From Zoogloea sp. (GTDB lineage Bacteria > Pseudomonadota > Gammaproteobacteria > Burkholderiales > Rhodocyclaceae): DNA of 64,000 bases. Below are positions 38,250-48,500 of the stretch, one piece after another. The notes under the pieces are model-generated. The model was not told the DNA's origin and made no database searches. It worked only from the letters and a program-made list of their open reading frames with translations. The stretch lies in assembly GCF_009026175.1 (NCBI RefSeq), contig NZ_WBTZ01000002.1. The stretch is one strand, 5' to 3'. The translations under genes were made by a program, and so were the position numbers. The number at the start of each line of letters is the position of its first letter. Positions within the stretch are counted from its first letter, which is position 1.

Positions 38250-39141
38250 GAACAGACTCCTGGATCAATCCGTCCGCCACCGCGGGCCGCCTGCCAGCAG
38301 ATCGTTGAAGGCGCCGCGCGCCTTGAGGCGCAGGAAGGCCTTGTTCAGCCTTTCGATGGCCGGCTTTTTTCCGGCTCTCTTCAGGTAGGCGAGGTGCAAG
38401 GGGTTGCTGGATACAGCCTGAGGCAGAACCACGAACTGGTCTATCCGGCCCTTCAGCTCCGGTGCCGACTCCAGCATGTGGCGTACCCCTTCCCTTCCGC
38501 TGCTGACGAACACGGCATCCACCCGTCCGGCCAGCAGCTTGAGCATGCGGCTCTGCTGGTCCGCATCCCGATCCACGGCGAAAAGGCCTTTGGCAATCGC
38601 CTCGTCTGCGGCATTGCCGTAAGAAGAGCCCAGGCCCACGCCAATCAGCTTGCCCTTGAGATCCTGCAGCGTCTCGAAGGGGAACGCATTGCCTTTCCTG
38701 ACCACCACCACAACTTCCGATAGGTACAGGGGTACCGAGTAATCGTAGATCTCCGCCCGCTCAGAGTTCCAGGAGATGTTCGCTGCCGCGCCTTCTCCGG
38801 CGGAGGCCATGCGCATGACCCGTGCCCAAGGCATCAGGCGGATGTCGTAGGTGTCGCCGGTTTCGGCCTGCAGGCGCTGCAGGATCCTGGGAATGATGCC
38901 CTCCGCCTTGCCGGCCTTGAGATACGAGATTGGCGGGTAACGGTCGCTTCCATATACGATCAGCGTCTCGGCATGGGCCACGCTGGCCAGCAGGGCGGCC
39001 AGCAGCGCACCCATGGTCCCGCGTCGCCAGCACCATGAAAAACGCCTGCCTGCACCGAGATGGGTGGGGATGGCGCGGGAGTCGCAAGAACCGGGCAGTC
39101 GCGTTTCGGCAAGCTGCATGGATAAACTCCTGGATCAATCC
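37433..39141. repeat. Tandem duplication, unit of about 861-870 bp
   Basis: 37433-38271 aligns with 38294-39141; 58-bp identical run (37666-37723 = 38527-38584); identical 16-mer ACTCCTGGATCAATCC at 38256 and 39126. Confidence 0.9.
38265..39119 (-). CDS. Family-3 periplasmic substrate-binding protein, copy B
   Basis: Close paralog of copy A. Confidence 0.82.
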   Translation of the reverse strand: MQLAETRLPGSCDSRAIPTHLGAGRRFSWCWRRGTMGALLAALLASVAHAETLIVYGSDRYPPISYLKAGKAEGIIPRILQRLQAETGDTYDIRLMPWARVMRMASAGEGAAANISWNSERAEIYDYSVPLYLSEVVVVVRKGNAFPFETLQDLKGKLIGVGLGSSYGNAADEAIAKGLFAVDRDADQQSRMLKLLAGRVDAVFVSSGREGVRHMLESAPELKGRIDQFVVLPQAVSSNPLHLAYLKRAGKKPAIERLNKAFLRLKARGAFNDLLAGGPRWRTD

Positions 39142-39947
39142 TCCCGCTGTCGCAGGATGCCTGCCAGCAACTGCTGGAGTACCGTCGTATCGAAGGGTTT
39201 GTCGCAGATGCCCGACACACCTGCCTCTTCGACGGCGGCAAGCCGGCTCGTGTTGGACTCGCTGGTCACCATGAGGATCGGCACGCTCTGCTGCCAGCTG
39301 CGGGTACGCACGTATTCGACGAATTCCCGCCCGTCCATCTCGGGCATGTTGTAATCGGTGATGATCAGGTCCACCAGCGTTTCCGCCAGCATCACCACCG
39401 CCTCCTTGCCGTTCCCCGCCTCCATGAAGTGCCGCAGCCCGAGGCTTTCCAGCACCCGCCGGATGAAGCGGCGGGAATTGGGGCTGTCATCCACCAGCAG
39501 GACACGCAGGGACTCCACGTCCACGTCCTCCATGTCCAGGCTCTCAGGCATTTCCAGGGTACGGGACAAGGCCCTCGCCAGCTGGGACGCGGTAAAGGGC
39601 TTGGGCAGGATGCCACATGCGCCGGACTGGCGGACTGGTTCGAGTGCCTGGGGCCGGGTCTCGCTGGAGATCAGGACAAACGGCACATCCACCCAGCGGG
39701 GATCCCGCCTCATCCGCTCGACCAGTTCCGTGCCGGTGCCGTCGGGCAGATAAAGTGCCGAAATCACCACGTCGGCGCGACAGCCCTGCAGCCAGTCGAG
39801 CGCATCGGCGAGGCTGCCCACCACGTCGACATTGGAGGCACCGATTTCGGTGCATTCGCCAACAATGATCCGGCGCTGCAGCGCGGAAGGTTCCACCAGA
39901 AGAAGAGTGAGTTTCTCGAATCGATCCGTCTTTACCATCGTCGTCAT
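39135..39947 (-). CDS. Response regulator with two receiver domains and no output domain
   Basis: REC1 LLLVEPS...VVISALYLPDG; REC2 LLVDDS...IITDYNMPEMDG...KPF. Confidence 0.88.
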   Translation of the reverse strand: MTTMVKTDRFEKLTLLLVEPSALQRRIIVGECTEIGASNVDVVGSLADALDWLQGCRADVVISALYLPDGTGTELVERMRRDPRWVDVPFVLISSETRPQALEPVRQSGACGILPKPFTASQLARALSRTLEMPESLDMEDVDVESLRVLLVDDSPNSRRFIRRVLESLGLRHFMEAGNGKEAVVMLAETLVDLIITDYNMPEMDGREFVEYVRTRSWQQSVPILMVTSESNTSRLAAVEEAGVSGICDKPFDTTVLQQLLAGILRQRED

Positions 39948-40176
39948 GTGATCACATATTTTGGGCTACCCGAGGATTAGCGAACGATTCGCGGAAAGCT
40001 TGAGTGCTAATCGAGGCTAAATCACTTAGCGACTCCCGCCGGGCTGGTATAGGATCGCTGCGGAATGGTCGAGTGAGTGCCGGCACCCGAATTGCTGGCT
40101 TTCCGCGACCTGCTGGCAGCAATGGATTGCTTGCTGCGCCCAGGCCAGTGACACATTTCGGAGCCGGATACAGTCG

Positions 40177-43100
40177 ATGCAGAGATCGTCGGTCGTCGTC
40201 CCCACCAAGAGCACCCGGCTCAGCCGCCAATTGGCTGGTGCGACCTTTGTTTTTGCAATCCTGGTGTCCTTGCTGCTGACGGCGGAGGATTACAACCGGA
40301 CCCAGCGCCGGGATCGGGCAGACCTGGAGCACTGGTTCGAGTTGCTGGCCGACTCTTCCCTGCCGCCGATTGCCAATGCGGTCTGGAATTACAATCTCGA
40401 TGCCCTGCAGCTCTTCGTGGACGGCATCGCCCGTCAGCCGGATGTCGTCTATGTGGCGGTTCATGACGGACGCAGCAAGATGCTGTCGAAGGGCGAGTCC
40501 AACGAAACCACCCTGACCCGGGACCTGCCCCTCATCCATATCTTGCCCGCGGCTGCAGGCGCGGGGCGTAGCGAGGAGATCGGCAAGCTGGTCATCGGCA
40601 TCGACGACACGGCGAGCCGCAAGCGTGCCCTCGCGGCGGTCAGTCGCGGCCTGGTGTCGAACCTCGTGCTGGTGTGCTGCATCGCGGGCTTCCTCCTGCT
40701 GATCATCGAAAGACAGGTCATGCGTCATCTGCGCATGACCTCCCAGTTCGTGGTGGCGCTGAGCCGGAGCAATCTCCGCGACCACCTGCAGCTCGACCGC
40801 CCGGCGCGACACGGCCCCGACGATGAACTGGACCTGCTGGTGACCGGCCTCAACAAGATGCAGGACAGCCTGTGCCGCTCCATTGCCGATCTGGAGGACG
40901 ACATCCGGAAGCGTGAAGCGGCAGAGGCGGAGGTTCGCCGCCTCAACACGGATCTCGAGCATCACGTGGAGGAGCGCACCCACCAGTTGCAGCAGTCCCG
41001 CGCAGCCGCTGAGCAGGTGCTGGACCTCACCGGCAGCGCCCACTGGGTGCTCGAATGGAAGGATGAAGGCCCCCGCCTCCCCTCGAGTCCCCGCCTGGAG
41101 AAGCTCCTCGGCCTGCCACCCGCAGCAGAGCATCGCCTCGACCAGATCATCGAGAGCATCTCCACGCTGAGTCCTGCCGACGCGCGGCGTTTCGAATCGC
41201 TGATCCGCGAGTTGTACACCGGGAAGCGCCAGGAATCGCACATGACCTTTCCCTTCCGGCGCCCCATCGACAACGCCGAGATCTGGCTTGATGCCCTGGC
41301 AGTGCTGGCTACCGACGCAAGCGGCCAGCCCCGCATCACCGGCTCGCTGCAGGATGTGACACAGCAGAAGGCTACCGAATCGGCGCTGGAAGACGCCAAG
41401 GAGCAGGCAGAGGCCGCGATGAAGACCAAGTCGGAGTTCCTGGCCGACATGAGCCATGAGATCCGCACGCCCATCAACGCCGTATCCGGCATGTGCCACC
41501 TGATGCTGCGCACCAGTCTGACCCCCAGGCAGGAGGACTATGCGCTGAAGATCCGCCAGGCAGGCGACCACCTGCTGGGGATCATCAACAACATTCTCGA
41601 CCTGTCCAAGATCGAATCCGGCAAGCAGACGCTTGAGTCCACCGATTTCGAACTGGATGGCGTGCTCGACCACATGGCCAACCTGGTGGGCGACAAGGCT
41701 GCGCAGAAGGGCCTGGAGCTGATCTTCGAGATCGCACCGGAGGTGCCCCGCCAACTCTGCGGCGACCCCCTGAGGCTGAGCCAGATCCTGGTCAACTATG
41801 GCAACAATGCGGTCAAGTTCACAGAGCGCGGCGAGGTCCGTGTCCGGGTGGCCCTGGATCGGCAGAGCGCCGAACAGGTCGTGCTGCGCTTCACGGTCAT
41901 CGACAGCGGCATCGGCCTCGAGCCGGAGCAGATCGCGCGCCTGTTCGGCAGCTTTGAACAGGCCAGCTCCTTCACTACGCGCAAGTACGGGGGATCGGGC
42001 CTGGGCCTGGTCATCAGCAAGAGGCTGGCCGAGATGATGGGGGGGCAGGTCGGTGTCGAAAGCACGCCAGGCCAGGGCTCCAGCTTCTGGTTCACGGCCA
42101 GGCTGTCCCTTGCGCGCGCTGCCGAGCCTGGACCGACTCTTGATCCTGCATTGCGGTATTCGCGGATCCTGGTCGTGGATGACAATCGCGCGGCCCGCAA
42201 TTCCGTCCTCGAGGCATTGACCCAGCTGGAAATGCGCCCCGAGGTGGCAGCATCCGCCGATGAGGCCTTGAGGGGGCTGGAAAACTCCCTGGGTCAGGAC
42301 GATGCCTTTGCCGCAGTCCTGATCGACTGGGCCATGCCGGAAATGGACGGTCTCACCACGGCGCGCCGCATCCGGCGGCTGGGGCTCAATCCGGCGCCGG
42401 CGCTGGTCCTGCTGACGGCCCACGGCCAGGAGGATGTACTGCACGCTGCCGAAGAGATGCATCTCGACGGGATGCTGTTCAAGCCCATCCTGGCATCCGC
42501 CCTTCTCCAGGTGCTCAACCGGGTACTGGGAAGCGAACCGGAGAGCCGCCCCAGCGGGAGCCCGGATGCTGCGACGCTGCCGATGCAACTGCCGCGCTTC
42601 CCGGGACGCCGGATCCTGCTGGTCGAGGACAACCTCCTCAACCAGCAGGTGGCCACCGAGATGCTGGCCGATGCCGGCCTGATCGTCGATCTGGCCGAGA
42701 ACGGCGCGCGGGCCGTCGAATTGGCCAGCCAGCGTGACTACGATGCCATCCTGATGGATATCCAGATGCCGGTCATGGACGGGATCACAGCCACCCGCCT
42801 GCTGCGCGCAGCGCCGAAGACCCGGGAGCTGCCCATCGTCGCCATGACCGCCAATGTGATGCAGGAGGACAGGCACCGTTACCTGAAGGCCGGCATGACC
42901 GACTTCATCGCCAAACCCATCGAACCCGCAGCACTGTTCCGCACCCTTGCGGCCAACCTGTCGCCGGAGGGCATTCCGGAGGTGCTCACGGCGCCCGTAC
43001 TCCCGGAAGAAGACAAGCGCACGGCATTTCCGCAGTACATCGCTGGCATCGACCTGAAAGTCGGGCGCAGCCGCCTGATGGGGTCCGATAGCCGCTACGC

Positions 43101-43608
43101 CCGCTATCTACGCCTGTTTGCCGAGCATAGCGCCGAACTGCCGCTTCAACTGCAGGCCGCGCTCGACGCCAGGGATCTGGCTACCGCACAGCGCCTTGCC
43201 CATACGCTGAAGGGCAGCGCCGGCCAGATTGGCGCAGAGCAGGTCAGCGCTGCGGCCGAAGCGCTCGAAAAGGCCGTCACGGACGGCGCATCGACCGCCG
43301 CGCTGACCGAGATGGTATCGAGCATTACAGAAGTGCTCATTTTGACCGTCAACGGTATTTATTCTGCTTTCCCCACCCAGCCTGAGTCCTCCAGGCCGAA
43401 AGGAGACTCCGCTGGCGTGATCGCAGAACTATTGTCACTGATCGAAAACGACGATGCCAAGGCACTGGCAGTCTTCGACGGACATCGGGCGCTCCTCGAG
43501 GAGACGCTGGGGTCCGTCAGCTTCCAGACCCTGGCCGGGCAGCTGCAGCAGTTCGATTTCGACCAGGCATTGGAGACCTTGCGGAGACACCAGGAAAGAC
43601 AGGTTTGA
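40177..43608 (+). CDS. Hybrid sensor histidine kinase (2 TM, HAMP, PAS-like, HisKA, HATPase, 2 REC, Hpt)
   Basis: MSHEIRTP, NAVKFT, DSGIG, GGSGLGL, IDWAMP, MDIQMP and AHTLKG motifs. Confidence 0.95.
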   Translation: MQRSSVVVPTKSTRLSRQLAGATFVFAILVSLLLTAEDYNRTQRRDRADLEHWFELLADSSLPPIANAVWNYNLDALQLFVDGIARQPDVVYVAVHDGRSKMLSKGESNETTLTRDLPLIHILPAAAGAGRSEEIGKLVIGIDDTASRKRALAAVSRGLVSNLVLVCCIAGFLLLIIERQVMRHLRMTSQFVVALSRSNLRDHLQLDRPARHGPDDELDLLVTGLNKMQDSLCRSIADLEDDIRKREAAEAEVRRLNTDLEHHVEERTHQLQQSRAAAEQVLDLTGSAHWVLEWKDEGPRLPSSPRLEKLLGLPPAAEHRLDQIIESISTLSPADARRFESLIRELYTGKRQESHMTFPFRRPIDNAEIWLDALAVLATDASGQPRITGSLQDVTQQKATESALEDAKEQAEAAMKTKSEFLADMSHEIRTPINAVSGMCHLMLRTSLTPRQEDYALKIRQAGDHLLGIINNILDLSKIESGKQTLESTDFELDGVLDHMANLVGDKAAQKGLELIFEIAPEVPRQLCGDPLRLSQILVNYGNNAVKFTERGEVRVRVALDRQSAEQVVLRFTVIDSGIGLEPEQIARLFGSFEQASSFTTRKYGGSGLGLVISKRLAEMMGGQVGVESTPGQGSSFWFTARLSLARAAEPGPTLDPALRYSRILVVDDNRAARNSVLEALTQLEMRPEVAASADEALRGLENSLGQDDAFAAVLIDWAMPEMDGLTTARRIRRLGLNPAPALVLLTAHGQEDVLHAAEEMHLDGMLFKPILASALLQVLNRVLGSEPESRPSGSPDAATLPMQLPRFPGRRILLVEDNLLNQQVATEMLADAGLIVDLAENGARAVELASQRDYDAILMDIQMPVMDGITATRLLRAAPKTRELPIVAMTANVMQEDRHRYLKAGMTDFIAKPIEPAALFRTLAANLSPEGIPEVLTAPVLPEEDKRTAFPQYIAGIDLKVGRSRLMGSDSRYARYLRLFAEHSAELPLQLQAALDARDLATAQRLAHTLKGSAGQIGAEQVSAAAEALEKAVTDGASTAALTEMVSSITEVLILTVNGIYSAFPTQPESSRPKGDSAGVIAELLSLIENDDAKALAVFDGHRALLEETLGSVSFQTLAGQLQQFDFDQALETLRRHQERQV

Positions 43609-43609
43609 G

Positions 43610-44803
43610 ATGCATGAGAATGAAGAATCCCGCCCTGTCGTACTGGTCATCGACGACTCGCCGCAGAACCTGCTGTTGATCGACGAGCTGCTGTCCGGTG
43701 AGTATCGGGTCAAGGTGGCGGCCAACGGAAATCGCGGATTGGCGATTGCGCGACAGACTCCCGCACCAGACCTCGTCCTGCTCGATGTCCGGATGCCCGA
43801 CCCGGACGGATTCGAAGTGTGCCGGCAACTCAAGGCCGACCCGGCCACCAGCGACATTCCGGTCATTTTCCTGACCGCCCTCAACGACCCCGCCGACGAA
43901 GCACAGGGCCTGGTCCTCGGCGCAGTGGACTACATCACCAAACCTGTCAGTCCCCCCATCCTTTCGGCCCGCGTCCGCAACCACCTCCGCCTCAAGGAGG
44001 TGGCGAACTTTCTGCGCGACCGCAATGCCTTCCTCGAGTCCGAAGTCCAGCGCCGGACCGAAGAAAGTCGCAGGCGTGCCGAAGAGGCCCGGGTCGCCCA
44101 GGAAACCATCATGATCTCGCTGGCCTCCATCGCCGAGGCCCGCGACAACGAAACGGGTAATCACATCCTGCGCACTCAGCACTATGTGCGGGCCCTCGCA
44201 GAGCACCTCCGCACCCACCCACGCTTTGCAGGACAACTGAACGACGAGATGATCGACCTCCTCTTCAAGGCGGCGCCGCTTCACGACATCGGCAAGGTCG
44301 GCATCCCCGACCGCATCCTCATGAAGCCCGGCCGCCTCACCGACGAGGAGATGACGATCATGAAGACCCACACCACCATCGGTCACGACGCCATCGAAAG
44401 GACCATGAGGCGGGTGGGCGAGCGGGTGCCCGTGCTCGAAGTGGCCAAGGAAATCGCCTTGTCCCACCAGGAAAAATGGGATGGCGGCGGTTATCCCCTT
44501 GGGCTCGCGGGCGATGCGATTCCCCTTTCCGGCCGCCTCATGGCGGTTGCCGATGTGTATGATGCGTTGATCTCGCGACGAGTCTACAAAGACCCCATCC
44601 CTGTCCCGGAGACCATCGAGATCATGATCCGCGGTCGCAGCAGCCATTTCGACCCTGACATCCTCGATGCCTTCCTGGATCTGCGCGACCGCTTCCTGGA
44701 AATCCAGCAGCGCTTCATTGACCTCCCCGACGAACTCGACAGGCTGGAGGTCAATCGGCAGCTCAGCACCCCGCCAGGCCCGGCCGCACCCCGGACTTCC
44801 TGA
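43610..44803 (+). CDS. Receiver plus HD-GYP c-di-GMP phosphodiesterase (RpfG-like)
   Basis: LLDVRMP, APLHDIGK, HQEKWDGGGYP and AVADVYDAL motifs; start at ATG 43610. Confidence 0.93.
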   Translation: MHENEESRPVVLVIDDSPQNLLLIDELLSGEYRVKVAANGNRGLAIARQTPAPDLVLLDVRMPDPDGFEVCRQLKADPATSDIPVIFLTALNDPADEAQGLVLGAVDYITKPVSPPILSARVRNHLRLKEVANFLRDRNAFLESEVQRRTEESRRRAEEARVAQETIMISLASIAEARDNETGNHILRTQHYVRALAEHLRTHPRFAGQLNDEMIDLLFKAAPLHDIGKVGIPDRILMKPGRLTDEEMTIMKTHTTIGHDAIERTMRRVGERVPVLEVAKEIALSHQEKWDGGGYPLGLAGDAIPLSGRLMAVADVYDALISRRVYKDPIPVPETIEIMIRGRSSHFDPDILDAFLDLRDRFLEIQQRFIDLPDELDRLEVNRQLSTPPGPAAPRTS

Positions 44804-44868
44804 AGGCCTGACCCGAGGCCATGCCGGGCGTGGGACGCCACACGTGAATCCACTGCCGTACCGACCTC

Positions 44869-45570
44869 ATGCCAATGCGCCATCGCCACCGTGAGCACCA
44901 TCGTACCGATCGCATCGGCTGGCTGCGGGCCGCCGTCCTGGGGGCCAATGACGGCATCGTGTCCACAGCCAGCCTGGTGATTGGCGTCGCCGCCGCCGGA
45001 ACCAGCCCCAGGGAAATTCTCGTCACGGGGGTGGCCGGGCTGGTCGCCGGTGCCATGTCGATGGCCGCCGGCGAGTATGTCTCGGTCCACTCCCAGGCCG
45101 ATACCGAACAGGCCGACCTGGCCCAGGAAAACCTCGAAATCGAAACATCCCCGGAAGCCGAGCTGCGCGAACTGACCGCCATCTACGTAGGGCGAGGCCT
45201 GGACTATCCACTGGCCCTGCAGGTGGCCACCCAGCTCATGGCCCACGATGCCCTGGGCGCCCATGCCCGCGACGAGCTGGGCATCACGGACACCTTGAGC
45301 GCCCGGCCGGTGCAGGCGGCCCTGTCGTCTGCGGCGAGCTTCTCCGTCGGAGCCGTGCTCCCGCTCGTCGTGACTGCGGCTGTGCCGACAGCTGGCCTGA
45401 TCCCATGGGTGTCGGGTGCCTCGCTGGTATTCCTGGTCCTGCTCGGGGCCATCGCGGCCCGCGCCGGTGGTGCCAGTCCGCTTGTCGGCGCCGCGCGGGT
45501 CGGCTTCTGGGGCGCGCTGGCGATGGCGGCCACTGCCGGCGTCGGCGCCCTGTTCGGCGCTACCGGCTGA
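44869..45570 (+). CDS. VIT1/CCC1-family Fe/Mn transporter
   Basis: LRAAVLGANDGIVS and AMSMAAGEYVSV motifs. Confidence 0.93.
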   Translation: MPMRHRHREHHRTDRIGWLRAAVLGANDGIVSTASLVIGVAAAGTSPREILVTGVAGLVAGAMSMAAGEYVSVHSQADTEQADLAQENLEIETSPEAELRELTAIYVGRGLDYPLALQVATQLMAHDALGAHARDELGITDTLSARPVQAALSSAASFSVGAVLPLVVTAAVPTAGLIPWVSGASLVFLVLLGAIAARAGGASPLVGAARVGFWGALAMAATAGVGALFGATG

Positions 45571-45592
45571 ATCCTCCGGCCTGAGGCGACCG

Positions 45593-48500
45593 CTACCCGG
45601 CCCCCTGCTTCCTGCCCCTTTCGAGCTGCCACTGCTTGACCAGCGCATAGATCGCCGGGATGACCGCCAGGGTCAGCACCGTTGATGAAAGCATGCCGCC
45701 AACCATCGGTGCCGCGATGCGGCTCATGACCTCCGACCCCGTTCCCGAGCCCCACATGATGGGCAGCAGGCCGGCCATGATGGCGACCACCGTCATCATC
45801 TTGGGACGGACCCGCTCGACCGCGCCTTCCATCACCGCGGCGTAAAGATCTTCGACGCGGGGAGCACGCCCCTCAGCCTGGCACCGGGTCTTGAGCGCTT
45901 CCCAGGCGTGATCCAGGTATATGAGCATCACCACCCCGGTTTCCGCCGCGACCCCCGCAAGCGCGATGAACCCCACCGCAACCGCCACTGACAGGTTGTA
46001 GCCGAGCAGCCACATCAGCCAGACCCCGCCGACCAGCGCAAAGGGGACCGACAGCATCACGATGAGGGTTTCAGTGAGGCGCCTGAAGTTCAGGTAGAGC
46101 AGCACGAAGATGCTGAGCAGGGTGACAGGAATGACGACCTTCATCTTTTCGACGGCCCGCTCCATGTACTCGAACTGGCCGCTCCAGGTGACGTAGTAGC
46201 CCGCCGGGAACTTGATCTGGGCGGCCACGGCCTTCTTCGCATCGGCCACGTAGCCGCCGATGTCCCGATCGCGGATGTCCACGTAGATGTAGGCCGACAG
46301 CAGGGCGTTCTCGGTGCGGATGCCGGGTGTTCCCCTGGTCACCCCCACCTTGGCCAGTTGTCCCAGGGGCACCATGGCGCCCCCCATCACCGGCACCAAT
46401 ACCTCGCGCGCGATCTGCTGCGGATCGGAGCGCAGCTCACGCGGGTAACGCACCGTCACCCCGTAGCGCTCGCGGCCTTCCACGGTGGTTGTCACCATCT
46501 CGCCGCCGAGGGCGCTGGCGATCACGTCCTGCACTTCTCCAACCGCCAGGCCATAGCGGGCCAGTTGTTCCCGGTCGGGCTCGATGCCGAGGTAGAAACC
46601 ACCGGTGATGCGTTCGGCGAAGGCGCTGGTGGTGCCCGGTACGGTCTTGACGACCGCCTCGATCTGTTTGGCCAGCTTCTCCATCTCGTCCAGGTCCTTG
46701 CCGAAGACCTTGATACCGATGGGGGTGCGGATGCCGGTGGACAGCATGTCGGTACGGGCCTTGATGGGCATCGTCCAGGAGTTGGCGACACCGGGGAACT
46801 GCAGGGCCTTGTCCAGTTCGGCGATCAGCCCGTCGGTCGTCATGCCCGGCCGCCATTCGGACTGGGGCTTGAGGTTGATCACCGTCTCGAACATCTCGGG
46901 CGGAGCCGGATCGGTCGCGGTGTTGGCCCGGCCAGCCTTGCCGAACACTGATGCCACCTCGGGGAAGCTCTTGATGATCTTGTCCTGGGTCTGCATCAGC
47001 TCGGCGGCCTTGGTCATCGACATGCCCGGCAGTGAGGCCGGCATGTAGAGCAGCGAGCCTTCATTGAGGGTCGGCATGAACTCGGAGCCCAGGCGTGACG
47101 CTGGATACACCGACAGCGCCAGGACCAGGACCGCCAGGGCGATGGTGAGCTTCTTCCAGCGCATGACCCAGGCGATCACCGGCCGGTACCCCCAGATCAG
47201 GAGTCGATTGACCGGGTTCTTCGCCTCGGGGAGGATGCGGCCCCGGATGAACAGCAGCATCAGTACCGGCACCAGGCTGATCGACAGCAGGGCCGCAGCG
47301 GCCATCGAGAAGGTCTTGGTGTAGGCCAGTGGCGAGAACAGGCGGCCCTCCTGCCCCTCCAGCGTAAACACCGGGAGGAAGGAGACGGTGATGATCAGCA
47401 GCGAGAAGAACAGGGCCGGCCCCACCTCCTTGCACGCGCCCAGCATGGCCTCGAAGCGCTCCCGGCCGGAATGCCCTTCCGGCAGGCGCTCCAGGTGCTT
47501 GTGGGCGTTCTCGATCATCACGATGGCAGCGTCGATCATCGCCCCGATGGCAATGGCGATGCCGCCCAGGCTCATCAGGTTGGAGTTCATGCCCAGCAGG
47601 CGCATGGCGATGAAGGCCATCAGCACGCCCACCGGCAGCATCAGGATCGCCACCAGGGCGCTGCGCAGGTGCAGCAGGAAGACCACGCAGACAAGGGCGA
47701 CGATCAGCGACTCCTCGATGAGGGTTCGCTTGAGGGTCTCGATGGCCCGGTGGATCAGCTCCGAGCGGTCATACACCGTCTGCACCGTCACCCCCTCCGG
47801 CAGGCCGGGGCCGATCTCGGCGATCTTGTCCTTCAGGTTGTGGATCACCTCCAGCGCGTTCTGGCCGTAGCGGGCCATGGCGATGCCGGCCACCACCTCC
47901 CCCTCCCCGTTCAGTTCGGTCAGGCCGCGCCGTTCGTCGGGGGCCAGCTCGACCCGCGCGATGTCGCGGATCTGCACTGGCGTGCCGCCGGCCGTCTTGA
48001 CCACCAGCGCCCCGATATCTTCCCGGCCACGCAGATAGCCCTTGCCGCGCACCATGTATTCGGTTTCGGCCATCTCCACCACGCGGCCGCCCACATCCCG
48101 GTTCGAGTCGCGGATCACCTGGGCCACTTTCATCAGCGGAATGCCGTATGCACGCAGCTTCACCGGGTCCACCGTGACCTGGTAGGTCTGCACGAAGCCG
48201 CCGACCGAGGCCACCTCGGCCACGCCATGCGCCTTGGCCAGCTGGTAACGCACATACCAGTCCTGGATGCTGCGCAGCTCTGCGAGGGTCTTGTCGCGGG
48301 CCACCAGGGCGTACTGATAGACCCAGCCGACGCCGGTGGCATCCGGCCCGATCTGCGGCGTGACACCCTTGGGCATGCGTCCGGCGGCGAAGTTGAGATA
48401 CTCCAGCACCCGCGAGCGGGCCCAGTAGATGTCGGTGCCGTCCTCGAAAATGACGTAGACGAAGGACGCCCCGAAGAAGGAAAAACCGCGCACCACCTTC

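Noticed and set aside
39975-40012. GATTAGC-N24-GCTAATC inverted repeat as a c-di-GMP riboswitch
   Set aside because: Lacks the conserved GEMM architecture; could be a TF site but there is no supporting second copy
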